Positions 1-7,045 of a DNA stretch of 46,547 nucleotides are shown here, in pieces. The notes under the pieces are model-generated. The model did not search any database, was not told the DNA's origin, and saw nothing but the letters and a program-made list of their open reading frames with translations. How positions within the stretch are numbered: position 1 is the first letter of the stretch; each line of letters starts with the position of its first letter. The DNA is from a virus: the UHGV virus genome UHGV-0027832; one strand, 5' to 3'. The position numbers and the translations under genes were made by a program.

Positions 1-200
<200 letters not shown>

Positions 201-245
201 TCACCAATAAAAAATCCCATCACGTTGGATGGGATTATAGCATGG

Positions 246-494
246 TCACTTGTTGCGATTTCGATTTCTGTATGCCGGATAGAATTTTGACAGAGGCCAC
301 ACCCAGAATTTCCACAGCATCTCATCGTAGCTTGGTAGTACCTCATGGAATCGCTTTCCAGAAGAGTATCCATCATGGTCTTCTTCGTAGAAGTAATATA
401 TAAATTTTCCCCTGATAATATAAACAAGTTGATTTCTTATCAGGATGTAAACGAAGAACACCATAACGATAAGAGTAAGAATCATAGCTACCAT
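246..494 (-). CDS. Hypothetical small membrane protein (82 aa, N-terminal TM helix)
   Basis: ATG at 494 overlaps the TGA of the upstream gene (TGATG) and is preceded by GGTGGAGTG; hydrophobic segment MVAMILTLIVMVFFVYIL. Confidence 0.5.
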   Translation of the reverse strand: MVAMILTLIVMVFFVYILIRNQLVYIIRGKFIYYFYEEDHDGYSSGKRFHEVLPSYDEMLWKFWVWPLSKFYPAYRNRNRNK

Positions 495-688
495 CACTCC
501 ACCTCGCTTACGACGCCAGACTTCATCCACTGATTAAACGCGTAACATTCAACCCTGTCACCACTTACTACTTGATGGCATTTTGCATACAACTTAGCGC
601 GATTACTGCGTAATCCATGATTCGTCCATACATCTTCGACGCGCTTCCTTGCTGCAATAGAATATTCGTGAGCATCTTTTCTTGTCAT
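494..688 (-). CDS. Hypothetical protein (64 aa)
   Basis: ATG at 688 preceded by AAGGTGGAGTG; the listed 494..736 ORF starts at GTG, so the internal ATG is preferred. Confidence 0.45.
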   Translation of the reverse strand: MTRKDAHEYSIAARKRVEDVWTNHGLRSNRAKLYAKCHQVVSGDRVECYAFNQWMKSGVVSEVE

Positions 689-698
689 CACTCCACCT

Positions 699-860
699 TC
701 ATTTGAAGTATTGATACAGCAAGCATGGCACAACACCAGTCACCACAGCGAAAAATGAACCAACTATAAAGTGAATCCATTTTGGTTCATTCACTCCGGC
801 AGCCATAGCCCACCAGAACATAAAGTTAAATGGAATCCAGAACGACCAGAATAGCGCCAT
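699..860 (-). CDS. Hypothetical small membrane protein (53 aa)
   Basis: ATG at 860 overlaps the upstream TGA and is preceded by AAAAGGTGGAGTG; hydrophobic sequence; below the 60-aa cutoff of the ORF track. Confidence 0.4.
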   Translation of the reverse strand: MALFWSFWIPFNFMFWWAMAAGVNEPKWIHFIVGSFFAVVTGVVPCLLYQYFK

Positions 861-1045
861 CACTCCACCTTTTCTAGTTTATCAATGACAACATCATACC
901 CACCAGATTTAAACTCATTAACCTCACTGCAACTCATAAATGAGTTAAACGCTTCAATGGCATTACTTGTAGAGGCCATACATGAAATCTTCTTAATGGT
1001 ATCACCAGCCCACATAACTTCAGCATGAATAAAATAAACGCTCAT
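860..1045 (-). CDS. Hypothetical protein (61 aa)
   Basis: ATG at 1045 overlaps the upstream TGA; SD GGTGAGGAG upstream. Confidence 0.5.
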   Translation of the reverse strand: MSVYFIHAEVMWAGDTIKKISCMASTSNAIEAFNSFMSCSEVNEFKSGGYDVVIDKLEKVE

Positions 1046-1218
1046 CACTCAATCTCCTCACCATTAACCCAGCGTTGCAGGACTTCGATAAGCTGCTCTG
1101 CTTGCTCAATTGCGACAACTATTACATCACCTGTCTGCCTGACAACTAGCAGGTCGTTTCCGTATTTAAAATCCTTATCAACCATAATATGCTGCCCGTA
1201 ATCACCTTCAATAATCAT
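1045..1218 (-). CDS. Hypothetical protein (57 aa)
   Basis: ATG at 1218 overlaps the TGA of the 1222..1428 gene; translated manually (MIIEGDYGQH...GEEIE); ends in the same GAGTGATG junction. Confidence 0.4.
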   Translation of the reverse strand: MIIEGDYGQHIMVDKDFKYGNDLLVVRQTGDVIVVAIEQAEQLIEVLQRWVNGEEIE

Positions 1219-1221
1219 CAC

Positions 1222-1428
1222 TCACCCTCTCAAAAAATCATTCTTGCAGCAGATACCCTTATATCCGCGTTTCTCCTGTAGGTTAACGAAAACGTCATCC
1301 AGAACGCGCAGCAGGAAATCCTCGTCGATGTCATACCGACGGCAAATCACCTCATCAGGCACACCAGCACGCGCCAGTGAATAAACCTGCTCTTTCTCCT
1401 CCTGTGTGAATCCTGCATAGCTGCGCAT
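1222..1428 (-). CDS. Hypothetical protein (68 aa; the longer listed ORF to 1488 has no better start signal)
   Basis: ATG at 1428 preceded by GGAGATATAACT; first gene downstream of the promoter at 1457-1488. Confidence 0.45.
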   Translation of the reverse strand: MRSYAGFTQEEKEQVYSLARAGVPDEVICRRYDIDEDFLLRVLDDVFVNLQEKRGYKGICCKNDFLRG

Positions 1429-1456
1429 AGTTATATCTCCGGTAAGCCTGATGTAG

Positions 1457-1488
1457 ATTATACTATGCGCTCGGTGTAGATTGGTCAA
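1457..1488 (-). promoter_or_regulatory. Sigma70-like promoter on the minus strand (-35 TTGACC, 17 nt, -10 TAGTAT overlapping TATAAT)
   Basis: Reverse complement of 1483-1488 is TTGACC; of 1460-1465 is TAGTAT; of 1457-1462 is TATAAT. Lies in the TerL/next-gene intergenic gap. Confidence 0.4.
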
Positions 1489-1504
1489 GTGTGGTGATGC
1501 AGAT

Positions 1505-2929
1505 TTATCGCCTGCGTCGGATTAGCATTCCGCTACCGCGCTGGACGATATGGTCTCCAAGGCCATAGCGTAAACTATCAATCGCGTGATTGTATTTATC
1601 AACTATGTCAGGGAGTATATTTCCTGTTAATTTATCAACCTTGTAGCTATACATTGTCATCTCTTCAATGACGTGCTTGCATCTTGAGTGTACGTAAATC
1701 CTGTCACACCCACGCAGCCATGTAATCCCGTCCTCAATGCTACCCGGCCATTTTGCGCACGGATGAATATCGAATCCAGAGCGTCGTATATGGCTTATTG
1801 TTTCAGGGCGAGCGCAATCCCCATACCATCTGTATTTCTCTGAGTTTGGGAATGCTGAGCGCATCGCCTCCGGCGTGTCAGTTATCTCAAGGCCAACCTT
1901 TGCAAAGTCACGATAGATATACAGGTTCCTTCGTCCATCACCCAAATCTTCTACATATGATTCGGTTGCTGCTGTTGCATCCTGAGAAAAACCAAAGTCA
2001 ATGCCGTAGTAAGGCCCTCCCCACTCAGGAGATGGTTCAAAGTCGATCGTTTGCCATTTCCCACCGAGAACAGCTTCTTCAGACCGCTTGTTGAATAAGC
2101 CTTCATACACCCAAAGATAGCGATCATAATCCACAGCCTTCATCTGGTTCATGTGCTGTTTAAGTTCTTCCGTGAACCACGGGTTGTGGACGTAGTTAAC
2201 ATTAACAACAACGATGTCATCATCCTGATATATGCCATCAACCATCTTGTCGATGTAAGGTTCAACAAAGTTAGTCCACGTGGGGTCCGTCTCTTTGTTC
2301 GGGTTAAAAACAATAATAATTTCAGAGCCAGACGCACGGACTGTCGGGATTAATGTATCCCATGACACCTGACTGATGTTTTCGGATTCTTCACAGAATA
2401 CATCTGTAAGTCCAGCCATACCTTTGATGGCGGTTATGTTTCGCCAAAGGCCACGAAAAACAAACTTTGATCTCGTTGCATGGTGTGTTATCTCTCCATC
2501 CACGCAACGATATTCCTGAGCGTGACCTTTCCTGTTTATCTCATCAACCAACTCGGCATAGCTTGATTCCTTAATTGAGTTTTGTATCTCCCGGAAACAA
2601 CCAACACGACTATTGCGGAATCTTGCCTTTTCGATGAGGTAGGATATGCACGACCTCGATTTGGCCGACCCCCTGCCACCGTAGAACACTTTAAAGCGAC
2701 GAGGATAAAGCAGTAGCTCCATTCGCTCAGGGATTAATATTGTTGGCTCTTCGTTTGTTTCAGATACACCTGTTGCTGTCATTTTAAGGCGCTTTACGAC
2801 ATTGGGAGAGCCATTCTGGAGTAACTTATCTACAAGTCCAAACACTGCTGATTCTGGCTTTGCAGTTGAGTTACCAACTACCTGTTCAAGTTTTTCGATT
2901 GCCACACTTGAGAGTCTTTTTCTAGCCAT
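1505..2929 (-). CDS. terL: Terminase large subunit
   Basis: 474 aa; Walker A GGRGSAKS near the N-terminus; C-terminal nuclease-like region; SD GGGGAG upstream; sits next to TerS and an HNH gene. Confidence 0.9.
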   Translation of the reverse strand: MARKRLSSVAIEKLEQVVGNSTAKPESAVFGLVDKLLQNGSPNVVKRLKMTATGVSETNEEPTILIPERMELLLYPRRFKVFYGGRGSAKSRSCISYLIEKARFRNSRVGCFREIQNSIKESSYAELVDEINRKGHAQEYRCVDGEITHHATRSKFVFRGLWRNITAIKGMAGLTDVFCEESENISQVSWDTLIPTVRASGSEIIIVFNPNKETDPTWTNFVEPYIDKMVDGIYQDDDIVVVNVNYVHNPWFTEELKQHMNQMKAVDYDRYLWVYEGLFNKRSEEAVLGGKWQTIDFEPSPEWGGPYYGIDFGFSQDATAATESYVEDLGDGRRNLYIYRDFAKVGLEITDTPEAMRSAFPNSEKYRWYGDCARPETISHIRRSGFDIHPCAKWPGSIEDGITWLRGCDRIYVHSRCKHVIEEMTMYSYKVDKLTGNILPDIVDKYNHAIDSLRYGLGDHIVQRGSGMLIRRRR

Positions 2930-3437
2930 GATTACAAAACTCCCCGTGATGTCTCTCTCTTTCTTCCATTATCTTTTTGACTGCATCTTCAATGTTGGAG
3001 AATCTGCCAAGGTTAACCTCCCTGCCGTTTATATTTAATCTCGCCATCCACTTGCATCTTGATTTATCCCAGTACACACCCTTAACCCCTGACGTGTTGT
3101 TCGCCTGTAGCTTTTTGTTGTAACCATTTTGTTGATGGTCAGCCTCTCGCAGATTAACAAAACGATTATCAAGCGTATTGTTGTTTATGTGGTCTATTTC
3201 TTTTTTAGGCCAACTACCAGTCATGTAAAGCCAAGCCAGCCTGTGCGATCTATACCACTTTCTTCCAAAATGAATATAGTGATACGGCCGCTTGCTACCA
3301 ACGGTGCCGCATAATTTTATTGTTCCTGCTGGCTTCCCTGGTTTAGCCCTTCCCTGCTTGTGTGGGTTTTTCCATGTAAAAACTCCGGTGTCAGGATTGT
3401 AATCAAGGATGTGTTTTAATTCTGCTTGCGTAAGCAT
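2922..3437 (-). CDS. HNH homing endonuclease with AP2 DNA-binding domain
   Basis: HINNNTLDNRFVNLREADHQQN (HNH motif) plus GVYWDKSRCKWMARLNINGREVNLGRFSNIEDAV (AP2-like); start chosen at the MLTQ ATG with GAGGAA SD; overlaps the terL start by 8 nt. Confidence 0.8.
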   Translation of the reverse strand: MLTQAELKHILDYNPDTGVFTWKNPHKQGRAKPGKPAGTIKLCGTVGSKRPYHYIHFGRKWYRSHRLAWLYMTGSWPKKEIDHINNNTLDNRFVNLREADHQQNGYNKKLQANNTSGVKGVYWDKSRCKWMARLNINGREVNLGRFSNIEDAVKKIMEERERHHGEFCNHG

Positions 3438-3536
3438 ATATAGATTCCTCATCAGGGCATCATTGAAGTGAATGCGGCAGGCGGTGATGAGTCGCTTTTC
3501 GGGTGCCCCCTAGCCGCATTAATTATTATAAATCAG

Positions 3537-4013
3537 TTACTGTTGCTGCTCCAGCAATTTCTCCAGTCGCTCAAGTCGCGCGGCGAGTTCGGTGATTTCC
3601 TGAATATCAAGGCCAGACTTGATAATATCTGCCATCATCTTTCCGATGTCGGCAGGGACAACGCCAGTGGATACACCCTTGATGATTGCATCCATCTTTT
3701 GCACCGGAGTTCCGTCAGCCGGGAAATCAAATTCCACAGGAGGAGCTACAGGCTTCGGGATGGGGTTAAGTCGCAGGAATATTTCCCGCAACATGCCGGT
3801 GGCCTGAGCATCTTCACATGTCATTGCCCTGTTGATGTAGTACGTGACGAATTCAATCTCATTCATCGGGGTATTTGCAGCACGTAACGCTTCAAGAAGC
3901 ACGGTTCTGTAGCTCTTTCCTCTTGGTGGAGGCTGATTGCTGGATGAAAATTTGTGCTTAGGGTTCGGATTCGCCATTTTATATGTGTCCTTTGAGTAAC
4001 TCACATAAGACAT
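3537..4013 (-). CDS. terS: Putative terminase small subunit
   Basis: 158 aa ORF immediately upstream of the HNH/TerL genes; coiled-coil C-terminus; assigned by position and size. An alternative start is at 3977. Confidence 0.5.
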   Translation of the reverse strand: MSYVSYSKDTYKMANPNPKHKFSSSNQPPPRGKSYRTVLLEALRAANTPMNEIEFVTYYINRAMTCEDAQATGMLREIFLRLNPIPKPVAPPVEFDFPADGTPVQKMDAIIKGVSTGVVPADIGKMMADIIKSGLDIQEITELAARLERLEKLLEQQQ

Positions 4014-4104
4014 ATCTTACCACATGGCGTAGATAAAAAAGAACCCGCCGAAGCGGGTTAAAGGTTGGGTGATGATATGAGTGAAAGCAATGGTGGTTAT
4101 GCGT

Positions 4105-4281
4105 TTATTGTACACCATCATTATCACGCTTGCCAGCATAGCACCATGCGTTTTCATTACGAGTCTGCACATGAACGATTTCAAGCGCATCAGGGAATGT
4201 TTTTGCGACCTTTGCGATGAAATCGTCCAGTTCGTGCTGCTTTGCGAGGTGCCATACCTTCTGCTTAGTGGTTTGCATTAG
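4105..4281 (-). CDS. Hypothetical protein (58 aa)
   Basis: ATG at 4281 with GAGGG SD; the listed longer ORF has a hydrophobic N-terminal extension and no SD. Confidence 0.4.
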   Translation of the reverse strand, partial: LMQTTKQKVWHLAKQHELDDFIAKVAKTFPDALEIVHVQTRNENAWCYAGKRDNDGVQ

Positions 4282-4444
4282 CATAAGCCCTCGTAGAGCA
4301 CATGTATTTAATATCATGCACGCCATTGCCATGCACAACCTCAATGTAATTACCTATCTGTACCATCATGTAGTGACACGTCTTCATGCTATCCCAGTGG
4401 CGCTCCCACATGTTTTGCATTGCGTCGCTAATGTCGTTAAACAT
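4265..4444 (-). CDS. Hypothetical protein (59 aa)
   Basis: ATG at 4444 overlaps the TAA of the upstream gene; GGAGTG SD; below the ORF-track cutoff. Confidence 0.35.
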   Translation of the reverse strand: MFNDISDAMQNMWERHWDSMKTCHYMMVQIGNYIEVVHGNGVHDIKYMCSTRAYANANH

Positions 4445-4757
4445 AATGCTGCCACTCCTTTTTAACCCATGCTATGCGATTCTTGTTGGTGTGAATCAGT
4501 CCTCTTGCTCTTTCTGTTAAATATGGTATTTCTCTACTGTTAAACGGGTAGTCACCATTAAGTCCAGCTTTAATGAATTGCGACCGCATTAACTTTCTTG
4601 CCTGCTCCCTTTCCTTTGGTGTTAACCCTATCGCCTTTAAATGCAATATTAAGGAAACACAAATTCCGCAATTACGACTAAACGGTTTACCTTCTGGTGC
4701 TCCAGTATCAATCCAGTCTGAATATGCTTTATAAAAATCAGCTAATTGATTAAACAT
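4437..4757 (-). CDS. Hypothetical protein (106 aa)
   Basis: ORF with GGAG SD; start overlaps the stop of the 36-aa peptide gene. Confidence 0.5.
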   Translation of the reverse strand: MFNQLADFYKAYSDWIDTGAPEGKPFSRNCGICVSLILHLKAIGLTPKEREQARKLMRSQFIKAGLNGDYPFNSREIPYLTERARGLIHTNKNRIAWVKKEWQHYV

Positions 4758-4857
4758 AACTCACAACTCCTGCAATGGCTGCAACCAGTGCCAGTGCATA
4801 CACAGCAAGGAAGATTTTAGCGCCAGTGGTGTATCGGCGTCGTTGGTGTCTGGTCAT
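4747..4857 (-). CDS. Hypothetical 36-aa transmembrane peptide
   Basis: GGAGATATTAAAATG; sequence MTRHQRRRYTTGAKIFLAVYALALVAAIAGVVSYV; stop overlaps the next ATG. Confidence 0.3.
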
Positions 4858-4920
4858 TTTAATATCTCCACTAAAGCGTGCGCCACATAGAGCGCACTGA
4901 TAATTAATATGAAATGGTAG

Positions 4921-5199
4921 TTATTCACTTTTAGCAAGACTTTCGAATTGCTTTATCGCCATATCATAAACGTCAGGTAACTCATAATTGCGATTTAATG
5001 CGGACTCCAGTTCTGCAATGCGATTTTTCATATGATAATTCTCAACGCTCATTTCTGTGATTCTGTTGAGACATGCCATGTAGTCAGTAAGCTCAACAAC
5101 AGTCACGTAATATCCATCACCATCAGGAGGATGATGAATTGCGCTTCTTGGAACTGAATATGTTTTTGCTTTTACTGTTCCTCGTTGTTCTTCACTCAT
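4921..5199 (-). CDS. Hypothetical protein (92 aa)
   Basis: ORF with ATGA overlap to the upstream gene; coiled-coil-like C-terminus. Confidence 0.5.
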   Translation of the reverse strand: MSEEQRGTVKAKTYSVPRSAIHHPPDGDGYYVTVVELTDYMACLNRITEMSVENYHMKNRIAELESALNRNYELPDVYDMAIKQFESLAKSE

Positions 5200-5429
5200 A
5201 CCCTGACCCCCATAATTTCTTCGTAATAGCCATCTTCTTCAAACTGAATCTTTTCGATTTTGAGCGCATCTTCGTCAGTGATGTCAATCGCTTTGAATTT
5301 GCACTTTGCCAGCACTATGCATCCGGACAGGACTAGCCGCTTATTCCACCAGTGCGCTCTCCTGATTGTCTTGCTGGTATACATTCTGTTCTGCACCACC
5401 CAGAACTCGTATGTTTTGACCTTTTCCAT
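5196..5429 (-). CDS. Hypothetical protein (77 aa)
   Basis: ORF; GGTGGTGA upstream of the ATG. Confidence 0.5.
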   Translation of the reverse strand: MEKVKTYEFWVVQNRMYTSKTIRRAHWWNKRLVLSGCIVLAKCKFKAIDITDEDALKIEKIQFEEDGYYEEIMGVRV

Positions 5430-5464
5430 ATCACCACCATTGAAATAAGAGCGCTGAATCGAGG

Positions 5465-5647
5465 TCAGAACACGATAATAAGCTCATCCATTACTCTTCG
5501 CTTGCCCTCACCATTAAACACGCGCACAACGCGATTTACGCGGATAGACTCCATTGCATTACGTGCCTGTTTACTCATGAAGTTCTGCGCGCCAACGTGA
5601 CCGAGTTCAGGCTCCAGCTTCTCGCGACGATAGATAGTCTTTGCCAT
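5465..5647 (-). CDS. Hypothetical basic protein (60 aa)
   Basis: GGAGA SD 5 nt before the ATG at 5647. Confidence 0.5.
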   Translation of the reverse strand: MAKTIYRREKLEPELGHVGAQNFMSKQARNAMESIRVNRVVRVFNGEGKRRVMDELIIVF

Positions 5648-5650
5648 TTG

Positions 5651-5810
5651 TTATTTCTCCACGTGCGCCTGATACATTGCCTGCCAGATGAAAACCACGG
5701 TGTCACTCATCTCATCATCCGTCATGCACTCAACATCAATATTTTCCATAAGTTCACGAATGCCTGCTTCAATCATTTCTTCTGTTGGTTGGATTGTCTT
5801 GTTGCTCATC
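5651..5810 (-). CDS. Hypothetical acidic protein (52 aa)
   Basis: GAGGT SD; ATG at 5810; stop overlaps the SD of the next gene. Confidence 0.4.
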
Positions 5811-5990
5811 TTGTTAAACCTCATAAGAGTTAATTGTTGCCTTAATTCGACGGCGATACCACTGCATGATGTGCTCGTTATGCCAGTTGGTCATTTTGTT
5901 ACTCCTTATACCCTGATTTAGAAACTGCCACTGCGATAATGATGAATGCCACGATAACCAGACTGGCGATAAGTTCTAGTGATGCGCCCG

Positions 5991-6176
5991 TCATTTCTTC
6001 GATGCCTTATATTCATCCTCAGTCATCGCATAAGCCTCGCAAATCATGTTTGCTGCATCAATGATTGCATTTGAACGAATGTCAGCAGGAAGGCTTGGAA
6101 CCTGTTGCGCCAATGCCATGCATATATCGCTGAACAACTTCATCTGGTCGATGCTGTACGTGCTTTCTTCTTCCAT
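5991..6176 (-). CDS. Hypothetical protein (61 aa), first gene of the early leftward operon
   Basis: GGGGGTGAAGAG SD before the ATG at 6176; the promoter at 6207-6235 lies just upstream. Confidence 0.5.
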   Translation of the reverse strand: MEEESTYSIDQMKLFSDICMALAQQVPSLPADIRSNAIIDAANMICEAYAMTEDEYKASKK

Positions 6177-6206
6177 CTCTTCACCCCCGTTTGTTTCGAT
6201 GAGTTC

Positions 6207-6235
6207 AATCTACATCAGTTGCGATTCTACGTCAA
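6207..6235 (-). promoter_or_regulatory. Sigma70-like early promoter on the minus strand: TTGACG-N17-TAGATT
   Basis: Reverse complement of 6230-6235 is TTGACG; 17-nt spacer ending in GATG; reverse complement of 6207-6212 is TAGATT. Same architecture as the promoters at 25356 and 27113. Confidence 0.45.
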
Positions 6236-6263
6236 CATGCAGAGAAAGAAAAAGCATGGCTAA

Positions 6264-6287
6264 ATGTTAGTAAACGTTAGCTAACAT
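6264..6287. promoter_or_regulatory. Dyad-symmetric operator-like element ATGTTAG-N10-CTAACAT containing the palindrome GTTAGCTAAC
   Basis: GTTAGCTAAC at 6277-6286 is a perfect palindrome; outer arms ATGTTAG and CTAACAT are inverted repeats; lies just upstream of the early leftward promoter. Confidence 0.3.
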
Positions 6288-6462
6288 ATATAGTTACATG
6301 TATTACTAATAGTAACCTTTGTTTATTACCTCTATAAAGTATATTAAGATCTTCTTTATATTTATTATAGATATTAATACCTTACACTACAGAAACACGA
6401 AAACCAGCAGTTAAGCTGGTTGATTTGTTAATAAATTTCGTTAATTTTGAATCCCAAGTTAT

Positions 6463-6724
6463 CGGGAAGCGAAATTCCTTTTATTTTCAGTATTTTCCGT
6501 TCGCTTCCCAGCTTCCCGAAAATACCCACCCCTTTTTTTATGATGAGCTTTTGTTTGTCCATTTTTTTTAAGTCGGGAAGCGAACACATAAACTATTGAT
6601 TTTACTTAGTATTGGCTTCCCGAGAATTTTTCTCATTTACCTATATACCATTGAAAGATAAAGGAAAAATTAAGCTCTGAAATATTAATACGCTTTTTCG
6701 GGAAGCGTGTCAACTCAGGAAGCA
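6463..6724. repeat. Iteron cluster: six to seven copies of CGGGAAGCG(A) in both orientations within an AT-rich intergenic region; candidate replication origin or control region
   Basis: Copies at 6463(+), 6501(-), 6512(-), 6574(+), 6615(-), 6699(+), and a degenerate copy at 6716(+). 6464-6473 and 6500-6509 form a perfect 10-bp inverted repeat. Flanked by A/T runs; sits upstream of the primase-helicase operon. Confidence 0.5.
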
Positions 6725-6829
6725 AAGTATGTAGGTTGCTATTAAGTGTTTCTTCGTGTGCTTGCTGAATTATAGAAAAGTTGATATATTAAATTGAGTT
6801 TACTGTTGATTGATTGTCTGGAGGTTGTC

Positions 6830-7045
6830 ATGTACAGGTTTGGTAGCGCAATGGCTGAGGTGTATGAGTTTGTTAGCGGGATGTCGATTGGAGAGGTGCG
6901 ATTTTTTGTGGTAGATGATTTCCGTGCCAATAACAGTATTGAAAAATTCAGGGCGAGCCTGTGCTGTGTTGCGAAAGATAATTCATGGCTTTTTGTAACC
7001 AGAAAGATGGAAGAAGGCGAAGTGTCTGTTCGGAGAATTAAATGA
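6830..7045 (+). CDS. Hypothetical protein (71 aa), first gene of the rightward replication operon
   Basis: GGAGG SD 5 nt before the ATG at 6830; stop overlaps the next ATG (ATGATGA). Confidence 0.45.
   Translation: MYRFGSAMAEVYEFVSGMSIGEVRFFVVDDFRANNSIEKFRASLCCVAKDNSWLFVTRKMEEGEVSVRRIK

Noticed and set aside
1753-2094. 113-aa plus-strand ORF within terL
   Set aside because: It is antisense to a well-supported terminase gene and has no SD.
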